Assembly: GCF_006345805.1 (NCBI RefSeq)
Contig: NW_021828732.1
Coordinates: 1 to 7,886, forward strand
DNA length: 7,886 bases
Direction: 5' to 3'
From: Octopus sinensis
Lineage: Eukaryota
Part shown: positions 1-6,483 of the stretch, piece after piece
Numbering within the stretch: position 1 is the first letter of the stretch
Layout of the letters: the number at the start of each line of letters is the position of its first letter
Program-made: the position numbers and the translations under genes
Notes under the pieces: generated by a model
Told to the model about the DNA's origin: nothing
The model's input: the letters and a program-made list of their open reading frames with translations, nothing else
Databases searched by the model: none

Positions 1-139
1 TTAATAATGTATTATGTAAGGTACCAATAAATTAGTCTAGTGACTGCAGGAATTTAAGTATTTTTGCTCATAAAGTAGTGCTGACAATAAGAGGTTCCTC
101 CAGATCATCAGTATCTGAAATATCCACTATGTGCCTCTA

Positions 140-228
140 CGTGTATGACTGACTAAACTCACAACAGCAGTGCTCCATCCTGACCACAATTCAAAGACTG
201 AAGCCTGTTAAAGAATGAAAGAATATCG
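140..228 (+). mobile_element. SINE 3' tail fragment (type-1 tail)
   Basis: cagtgctccatcctgaccacaattcaaagactgaagcctgttaaagaatgaaaga aligns by eye with the 3' ends of the copies at 7800-7866 (+) and 6484-6545 (-). Confidence 0.55.
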
Positions 229-540
229 AGAAGGACAGAAGTTTCAGGCTTCTCTTCTTATGATCCTTCCCTCTCTCCCCACTCTCTTGCTTTACTTGCT
301 CTGCTTTTGATACAGGAATTGGTGACCATAAACCTCTTTGCCAAAGTCTGAAAATCTGTGATTTCTGTTCTCGTTTCTTTTGAAAGATAATGCAATCATT
401 TGTATTACCTTGCTTTGGTTTAAACTCTGTTTACTTAGCAAGTCTCTTGCCTTCCTGAACTAACCTTTATGCACAGGGCCTTAGATAGGGACCATGTAAC
501 ATCAGGGTGTGTCTGCACACCTGTAGGCTTGTGTGATACA

Positions 541-556
541 TCTCTCTCTCTCTCTC
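541..556. repeat. (TC)8 microsatellite
   Basis: Directly visible. Confidence 0.95.
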
Positions 557-597
557 AGGCATAGGTAAACTGGCATTCCCATCAGGCTAGCCACTTG

Positions 598-885
598 AGG
601 CAGGGTTGCTAGGAACCCAGTAGGACCAAAAACAAAACTTGCCAAAAGAATGGACAAACTCAATGTAGGTTCAATGACCATCTAGCTATAGCATGACCAT
701 TCAGAAACTTTTGGTTAATGGATGGTGTACTAGAAGACTTCTAGGAGTGGGTCATCTCTTGGCTTTTGCAAAAGAGTGACTGTAGAAGGTCAATCTGATA
801 TCAAACTGGATCTGCCCACAATGCCATCAAACATTTTGAGCATCTTTTGCTGGCTCTTGAGTTCATGGAACGCCGGCATTCCTGA
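598..885 (+). mobile_element. Degraded 3' end of a non-LTR retrotransposon ORF2 (RTE-like) with a C-terminal C2H2-type motif
   Basis: Frameshifted translation gives GRVARNPVGPKTKLAKRMDKLNV...L*HDHSE (cf. G-R-P-K...LA-DRS-W), then DGVLEDF*EW, then WICPQCHQTF*ASFAG..VH/ERRHS* at 807-880. This order matches my recollection of RTE-clade ORF2 C-termini. Several stops and indels. Confidence 0.5.
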
Positions 886-954
886 ACTTCTGACCCATAT
901 TGGCACTAGATGTCTTTGTAAATTGTTGAGATATTATATGAGAAATAGAAGGCA

Positions 955-1165
955 ATGAGCTAGCAGAAACATTAGCATGTTGTGTGAAATGCTTAGTGAT
1001 ATTTTGTCTGTCCTTAAGTTCTGAGTTCAAATTCTGCTGAGGTTGACTTTTCCGTTCATCCTTTCAGGCTTGATAAATTAAGTACTAGTTGCACACTGGG
1101 GTCGATCTAATTGTCTTCCCCCTGCCCCAAATTTTCAGGCCTTGTGCCTAGAGTAGAAAAGATTA
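955..1165 (+). mobile_element. tRNA-derived SINE, near full length, with a Meta/MESC-like central domain
   Basis: Head gagctagcagaaacattagc...gagttcaaattct (B-box-like GAGTTCAAAT), central gttgacttttccgttcatcctttcaggcttgataaattaagtactag, tail ggggtcgatctaattg...ccttgtgcctagagtagaaaag. Matches a recalled Octopus SINE; the domain name is from memory. Confidence 0.75.
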
Positions 1166-1203
1166 TATGAAAAATAGTGTTTGTTGTTCTTTTGTTAGAT
1201 AAG

Positions 1204-1362
1204 TGCAGGTGTGGATGTGTGGTTAAGAAGCTTTCTTTACATCCACAGGGTTTCTGGTTCAGTCCCACCGTGCAGCACAGGACGAAAGTGTCTTTCACTA
1301 TAGGTTCAGATCAAACAGTGCCTTCTGAGTGGAGTTGGTTGAAGGAAACTGTATCGAAGTTT
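1204..1362 (+). mobile_element. tRNA-derived SINE head module (CORE-like), truncated
   Basis: tggatgtgtggttaagaagc (A-box-like), ggttcagtcccac (B-box-like), ...gccttctgagtggagttggttgaaggaaactg. Aligns with the reverse complements of 5925-6078 and 6795-6952 and with 7490-7635. Confidence 0.8.
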
Positions 1363-1384
1363 ATCATGCTTACCATACATATAT

Positions 1385-1538
1385 ATCATCATCATTGTCG
1401 TTGTCGTCATCATTTATCGTCCACTTTCTATGCTGGCTGGCATGCATTGGACAGTTTGACAGGAGATGGCCAGGCAGAAGACTTCTGTGTCTGTTTTGGC
1501 AGGGTTTTTACAGCTAGATGCCCTTCCTAACACCTACC
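1385..1538 (-). mobile_element. SINE 3' module (type-2 tail ending in (TGA)n)
   Basis: Reverse complement ggtgttaggaagggcatctagctgta...gtcaaactgtccaatgcatg...gaaagtggacgataaatgatga matches 4046-4213. Confidence 0.8.
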
Positions 1539-1780
1539 AGCCATAGTTCAATGATTTAAGCAAGTTAAAGGTAAAAAGAAATAAAGGAAAAAAAAAAGAA
1601 AAGATAATGAGTTAAAAAATAGAGGGTGGTATAAAAAAACAACACACATATGTATATATATGAATGTGCCCCTCCCTGCAATGATATTCCAGTTAACCAA
1701 AATTATATTGGCTCAAAATATGCATATAAACTTTTGGACATCACCAACCCACAAAAAATTTTTTTTTTTAAATGTCATTT

Positions 1781-1786
1781 TTTAAT
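1781..1786 (-). terminator. Candidate poly(A) signal ATTAAA (distal)
   Basis: Minus strand: ATTAAA-aaatgacattt-A11-ttttttgtgggttggtg (GU-rich downstream element). Confidence 0.35.
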
Positions 1787-2168
1787 TTTTTTTTTTTAAG
1801 AGAACCGGTTTAAATTGTTGTAAAACGTTCAGAAAAGACTCTTAAAGACTTTATCTTTATGACAAAATGTGGTCTTAAATTTTACTTTGCATTTTTTTGT
1901 TTTGCTTTTGTTTATTTGTTTGGTTTTCAATGTTTTTTTCCTTTAAGTTGTTGCAGTTATTTGTTGTCTATTATTTTATAGACTGTAATGATTCAAAGCC
2001 ATTCTTTATCATTTGCTTTTGTTAGAGTTGTTGTTGTTGTTATGTAGGCAAGCTACACATTTTTTTAACAATATCTACTCCAATAATACAATAAACAAAA
2101 CAAAAAAATACAAAGTACCCCACCACACACATACAAAAAAAAAACACTGTATTTAGCAGCATGTAATT

Positions 2169-2174
2169 TTTAAT
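2169..2174 (-). terminator. Candidate poly(A) signal ATTAAA
   Basis: Minus strand: ATTAAA followed ~22 nt later by tgttttttttttgtatgtgtgtggtgggg. Confidence 0.35.
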
Positions 2175-2293
2175 GTTTAACTTTTCTTCGTAGAGCTTCT
2201 ATTACCTCATAAAATTCCTTATCTCTTCTAGTTAATAGTGAATAATTTCTGAGAGAGAAACTTGCAACCATCTTCCTGCTGTGTTTCTTGTAA

Positions 2294-2340
2294 CTGTTGC
2301 TGTTGTTGTTGTTATTTGAGTGGTGGTGGTGGCGGTGGTT
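2294..2340. repeat. (TGT)n/(GGT)n compound trinucleotide repeat
   Basis: tgttgctgttgttgttgtt...gtggtggtggtggcggtgg. Confidence 0.85.
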
Positions 2341-2402
2341 AGGTTTCTCTTTTTGGTCTTATTTTTTTATGTATTTTTCTTTTAAAAGCAAATACAAAGA
2401 GA

Positions 2403-2508
2403 AAATAATAATAATGATAATAATAATAATAATAATAATGATAATAATAATAGTAATAATAATAATAATAACAACAACAGAAGAACAACAGCAACAATAA
2501 TAATAATA
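2403..2508. repeat. Compound (AAT)n-(AAC)n trinucleotide repeat
   Basis: Directly visible; accounts for the poly-Ile/Thr/Gln ORF at 2297-2500. Confidence 0.95.
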
Positions 2509-2542
2509 CATGAATTTCGAAGACTGCACAGCTATAGGGCTA

Positions 2543-2548
2543 TTTATT
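2543..2548 (-). terminator. Candidate poly(A) signal AATAAA (proximal)
   Basis: Minus strand: AATAAA followed by a U-rich tract (attattattattgttgctgttg). Confidence 0.35.
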
Positions 2549-2711
2549 TATGCAAATGGTGAAAGCAAATATCAATCAATGAAATTAAAACAACAATAAA
2601 AACAGAAGGAAACAAAAAAAATTTACATTGTTTTAAAGAGAAAAGACTTTGTATTATATTCAACTGCACAATGGCAATTATCTTCTACATTAAAAGTTTA
2701 TGCTTTGTTCA

Positions 2712-3015
2712 TGTATATATATATATTACATACATACATACATGCATACATATATATATATGCACACATAGATGCGTGCATATACATACATACACGTGTA
2801 CATACATACATACATATATATATATATGTATATATATATGCATGTATATATATATCTATATTATATATATATATATATATCTATATATAATACATATATA
2901 TATACATACACACATACAGGCTCGATTAACATACAAACATTTATATATGTATATATTTTTTGCGTGTGAATGTGCGTACATATGCTCACACATGTATGCA
3001 TGTGTGTATGTGTAA
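2712..3015. repeat. Compound (TA)n/(CATA)n/(CA)n/(TG)n microsatellite field
   Basis: Directly visible; accounts for the Y/I/H-rich ORFs at 2671-3015. Confidence 0.95.
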
Positions 3016-3225
3016 GTGTCTGTGTTTATATTATAAAAAGTAATATTATATCGAAGCTAATATACTTTATGTAAACAATATAAATTTCTAGATACTTTAC
3101 CAAGTTATATAATTCAAATATGTTTTTTTTTTTGTTTTGTAAATTACGTTGCAAAAAAATCCAAGGTGGTTCTTGAACCACCACATTATTGGGGCACAAG
3201 CCTTTGACCTCTACAAATTAACTCT

Positions 3226-3294
3226 TCAAAGGTTTTTATGCTTAACCTTCATTGTTTCCTTCATAGAAACCATAATGTATATATTCTTGATAAT
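3226..3294 (-). CDS. Candidate exon 4 (terminal), coding part in frame A: IIKNIYIMVSMKETMKVKHKNL*
   Basis: Very strong acceptor ctttcacattctgttagtttcctctttctcacag|ATT at 3295/3294. Coding status unproven; frame B reads DYQEYIHYGFYEGNNEG*. Confidence 0.4.
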   Translation of the reverse strand: MIKNIYIMVSMKETMKVKHKNL

Positions 3295-3328
3295 CTGTGA
3301 GAAAGAGGAAACTAACAGAATGTGAAAG

Positions 3329-3392
3329 CATGTGGCGGAGTTGTTAAAGTGTTGCGCTCGTGGTTGCAAGGTTGCTGTTTCAATTCTCAAGG
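3329..3392 (+). mobile_element. tRNA-derived SINE head remnant inside a 134-nt candidate intron
   Basis: tggcggagttgttaaag (A-box-like) and gtttcaattct (B-box-like) at tRNA spacing; too degenerate to fold as a tRNA. Confidence 0.55.
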
Positions 3393-3428
3393 GAAATACT
3401 TCGTTTTATCATACCTGAGTCCACTCAC

Positions 3429-3567
3429 CCTTTGGTGGTGTGACATTTTGCTCAAGGAGCACCTGAGCCTGCTCACCAAGCTTGAAGATGTGTATTGTGA
3501 ATAGTGGTGTAAAACAACATCCAATATTCTGGTCAAGATCTGATAATCTGATATCATCCTAGTGACA
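3429..3567 (-). CDS. Candidate exon 3 (139 nt; 130 nt with the 3558 acceptor)
   Basis: Acceptor ttttaacatttctaccag| (alternative cactag| 9 nt inside); donor AGG|GTGAGT at 3429/3428 (alternative CAG|GTATGA at 3415/3414). Frame A VTRMISDYQILTRILDVVLHHYSQYTSSSLVSRLRCSLSKMSHHQR; frame B DDIRLSDLDQNIGCCFTPLFTIHIFKLGEQAQVLLEQNVTPPK. Confidence 0.45.
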
Positions 3568-4045
3568 CTGGTAGAAATGTTAAAACTGCAGAACATTGTG
3601 CATTTCTTTTACAGGGTCCACTTTTTTGCTATATAAACCTTTATTGGTATGGGAACTTGGTGGTGGTGGTGGGGTCAGTGGAAAACTCAAGTGCTGTCTC
3701 AGGTGGCACACACTTTAGCTACAGCACTGCTCTTTGTGTCATGAGTTCTAATCCTACCAGAACTCTAGGTGTGAGACTAATCTTTCACCTGCTTCAACAG
3801 CACCACCTGAATTGCTACATGTTTTTAGTGAACTTGATTCCAACACAAGTATCTGGACCATTCTTTACTTTGAGGCTGCCTTCTTCACTCCCAACCTCAC
3901 ACCAATCCTTGGACATTCTGTTAAAGGTCATGGACACTGCTTCCTCTCTTGAATAATGAATAGTAAAGAATCTAGTTTCAAACTAAAAATGCCCTTCCTA
4001 CTGCAGCCAAAACTTTATCAAATTACACCATCTTAAAACAGACCA

Positions 4046-4174
4046 GAGTGGTTGGCGTTAGGAAGAGCATCCAGCTGTAGAACCACTGCCAGATCAGACT
4101 AGAGCCTGGTGCAGCCTCTATGGCTTACCCGGTCAAACCGTCCAACCCATGCTAGCATGGAAAACGGACGTTAA

Positions 4175-4213
<39 letters not shown>
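4046..4213 (+). mobile_element. SINE 3' module (type-2 tail), 5'-truncated, with (ATG)13 tail
   Basis: gagtggttggcgttaggaagagcatccagctgtag...ccaacccatgctagcatggaaaacggacgttaa(atg)13; homologous to 1385-1538, 5651-5760 and 6101-6230. Confidence 0.85.

Positions 4214-4215
<2 letters not shown>

Positions 4216-4246
<31 letters not shown>
4216..4246. repeat. (TA)15 microsatellite
   Basis: Directly visible, abutting the SINE tail. Confidence 0.95.
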
Positions 4247-4248
<2 letters not shown>

Positions 4249-4373
4249 ATGTGTCTGATTATGATAATGAGTGATGACAACTGAAAGTGTTGCTGTTTTC
4301 CTCTTCATGTGCCATTCCTTCAGCCACCAGTGATTGTTGACTTCCATTCCTTCTTATTCCACACAAAACTTAC

Positions 4374-4462
4374 CCTGTCATTCGAATTGGTCTTTGCAAA
4401 GCCAGCCAGAGAGTAAGGCTCCCTAGAGTAGTTTCTCTGTCTACATGCCCTGGTTTTTTCTT
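4374..4462 (-). CDS. Candidate exon 2 (89 nt)
   Basis: Textbook sites: ctttacctctcttttgttttctcag|AAG...ACAGG|gtaagt. Two frames open: KKKPGHVDRETTLGSLTLWLALQRPIRMT and EKTRACRQRNYSREPYSLAGFAKTNSNDR. Exon status is better supported than coding status. Confidence 0.6.
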
Positions 4463-4881
4463 CTGAGAAAACAAAAGAGAGGTAAAGCCACAAAGAAGTC
4501 AATGACTGCAGTTTATTTTATCAGCAAGTAAAGCAGATGGAATTTAGAGTTTGCTCTGTTTTAGCAAATATATAATTTAAAGCTTTCACAGTTGTGATGC
4601 GTCTATATATTTGTTGTTGGAAGTGGTGGTGATGGTGGTGTTGGTGATGAGCTCTGGATGAAATCTGATCAAATTTTTTCTTTGCTTATGTTTTCCAGTG
4701 TTCGCATTTTTGTTAAATCTGTATAATGTGACTTGAAGGACATTTGCCTGCTATTTCTTACAAATCAAGCTACAATGTAAAGGCACCCAGGTCAATCATA
4801 AGTAGTAAATATAGTTGTTTGTTGCTGGTTAATCAATGTGAATTTTGTCCCTGAACACATCTTTATCAGCCCTGTACTCAC

Positions 4882-4965
4882 ATCTCGAACAGTTGCGAGA
4901 ACTAAGGTGTCCTGCTTGACTATTGGTTTTGGATGGCAGTATTTGACTATTTTCATTGAGGTCAT
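4882..4965 (-). CDS. Candidate start of the frame A ORF: MTSMKIVKYCHPKPIVKQDTLVLATVRD
   Basis: ATG at 4965 directly after an in-frame TGA; phase-0 donor GAT|gtgagt at 4882/4881 joins exon 2 in frame. Confidence 0.3.
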
Positions 4966-5338
4966 TCATCCTCACTTCTTTATTAGATAGACTGTGCCTA
5001 ATATTTACAACTTTAGTTAACATAGAGTATTAGTCTTTAAAAAAATGTGCTCTTTGGAAGATGTTTGTTGAAAAGAGATTCAACTATTTCAATGAACAAT
5101 CTTCCTTGACTAATTCTTGCAGCTGCCATTCAGAAAATGACAGAGATTTTCCTGAAGGAATTTGATAAGACAATGAGTAGTTTGTTGCCATGTTATCCAA
5201 CTGAGTAATTGTATAGAAGTCTGCATTATTCTTTTAAAGCTTTGAAGCCATAAACATGCCTTAGTGGGTGGGACTGAATTTGATTACAATACCCCTTCAA
5301 GGCCAAAAGTAGGCAGCTTCATGATTTTCTGTTTGTAG
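4882..5338 (-). other. Candidate exon 1 (457 nt, stops in all frames)
   Basis: Acceptor ttgattgttgttatttacag|CTA at 5339/5338 and donor GAT|gtgagt; unique non-repetitive sequence. Having an acceptor, it would need a further upstream exon. Confidence 0.4.
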
Positions 5339-5417
5339 CTGTAAATAACAACAATCAATGCTAATCAATAAGCCATAAAGGCAAAACCATGTGGCCACCC
5401 GTTTTCGTGTCTTCCAG

Positions 5418-5466
5418 GGCAATCAAACAAAATCATCAACTCCCAGAACGGTCAACCTCTGGAAAG
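5418..5466 (+). other. Candidate 49-nt exon on the plus strand
   Basis: cccgttttcgtgtcttccag|GGC...GAAAG|gtatgt; all three frames stop-free; no partner exon identified. Confidence 0.3.
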
Positions 5467-5587
5467 GTATGTAACAATTCAGTTCATTACTAAAGCAGGC
5501 TAAATTAATTTATCCAGCTCTGATATGAAAGTTTATGAACTACGCTTCATCTGCCAACTTGATGAACTGACCTTTATCAACATGACT

Positions 5588-5668
5588 ATGATGATGATGA
5601 TGATGACGACGACAACAATGATTGTCATCATCGTCGTTGTTATCGTCAATATCGTTGTTGTTGTTGTC
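5588..5668. repeat. Compound (ATG)n/(ACG)n/(CAT)n/(GTT)n repeat
   Basis: Directly visible; the right half is the decayed tail of the adjacent minus-strand SINE. Confidence 0.85.
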
Positions 5669-6078
5669 TTCAATGTCCATTATTCTATGTTTGCATGGGT
5701 CAGACAGAATTCATTGAAGCAGATTTTCTATGGCTGGATGGCTTTCTTGTTGCCAAGATTCACCTTTTGGTTGAAAACGCTTCCATGTCAGACTGGAAGA
5801 GAGTGACACTGCTTGTGTACCAGTGATGCTCCCTAATAGCTATCACTCATTATCCTGACAAAGAGACTCAAGCACACAAACACACACTCATGCATAAACC
5901 CACACACATGCACATGCATATAATGGGCTTCTTTCAGTTTCCAGCTGCCGAATCGACTTACAAGGCTATGGCCAGCATGATGCTGTAGTAGAAGACACTT
6001 GCCTAGGGAGTCACACAGTGGAACAGAACCCAAAAACTTGTGATTAAGAAGCAACATTTGTAACCACATCACTGACCC
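5651..6078 (-). mobile_element. Composite SINE: CORE-like tRNA head + (TG)n spacer + type-2 tail
   Basis: Head 6078-5925 (gatgtggttac...gggttctgttccactgtgtg...gcaagtgtcttctact...ggaaactgaaagaagccc), spacer 5870-5920, tail homologous to 4046-4213. Confidence 0.8.
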
Positions 6079-6100
6079 TTAATACAAGCAAAGTATGTAT

Positions 6101-6425
6101 TGTCATCCTCATCATTCAATGTTCATCTTTTTTCTGGTATGGATTGAATTGTTTGACAAGATCTCACAAGCAAGAGGATGGCATCAAATTCCAACTTCTG
6201 CTTTGACAGGGTTTCTATGGTTGATACTTTACAGAGAACTCTGGAAGCTTTTTTTCATGACTCAGAAACCAGTGAGATTGCCAAACAACCAAAAGACACT
6301 GAAGAGGCTCTCACAACTGAGCAGGTTTATAGTAGAGAAGTGGTTATGAGCCAGGTTTGGAGTAACTAAAGTGTGAGAGAGAATCAAACACAGATGTCTT
6401 GTAACAGAAGACATATATGACCACC
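6101..6425 (-). mobile_element. Old diverged SINE with type-2 tail
   Basis: 6101-6230 reverse-complements to ...catagaaaccctgtcaaagcagaag...gtcaaacaattcaatccatacc...tgaatgatgaggatgac. The 6230-6425 part is assigned from recalled family sequence only. Confidence 0.6.
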
Positions 6426-6483
6426 AATTGCTAGTGTGTGCATGTCTCTGTGTGCATGCACACATATATATAGATGTCTCTTA

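Larger units (their letters stand above)
1760..3225 (-). other. Putative 3'UTR of the minus-strand transcript
   Basis: Follows the strong acceptor at 3295 and the stop codons; AT-rich, no SINEs, homopolymer tracts, poly(A) hexamers with U/GU-rich downstream tracts. Distal end uncertain. Confidence 0.45.

Noticed and set aside
1107-1530. ORFs of 62-117 aa
   Set aside because: They span adjacent SINE modules in opposite orientations.
2550-2557. Octamer ATGCAAAT
   Set aside because: Single 8-mer in AT-rich DNA with no snRNA or promoter context.
2297-3015. ORFs rich in I/Y/H/T/Q/W
   Set aside because: They are translations of microsatellites, which lack stops in some frames.
3329-3400. Possible tRNA gene
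   Set aside because: A/B boxes are degenerate and no cloverleaf forms; better explained as a SINE head.
3498-3520. VNSGVKQ resembling the reverse-transcriptase SGVxQG motif
   Set aside because: The following residues do not continue as GxxLSP and no other RT motifs are nearby.
3615-3956. Plus-strand open frame (GPLFCYIN...SSLE*) behind a good acceptor at 3614
   Set aside because: No recognisable motif or upstream partner exon; partly kept open by a (GGT)n repeat.
3560-3960. Extension of frame B upstream by reading stops as Gln/Arg (alternative code or pseudogene)
   Set aside because: About 8 stops of all three types in ~135 codons is what random sequence would give.
4725-4790. Fragment resembling a recalled Octopus interspersed repeat
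   Set aside because: Short, diverged, and no second copy in the window to confirm it.
4883-4915. GHLSSRNC resembling a CCHC zinc knuckle
   Set aside because: The upstream CxxC is absent and the spacing is wrong.
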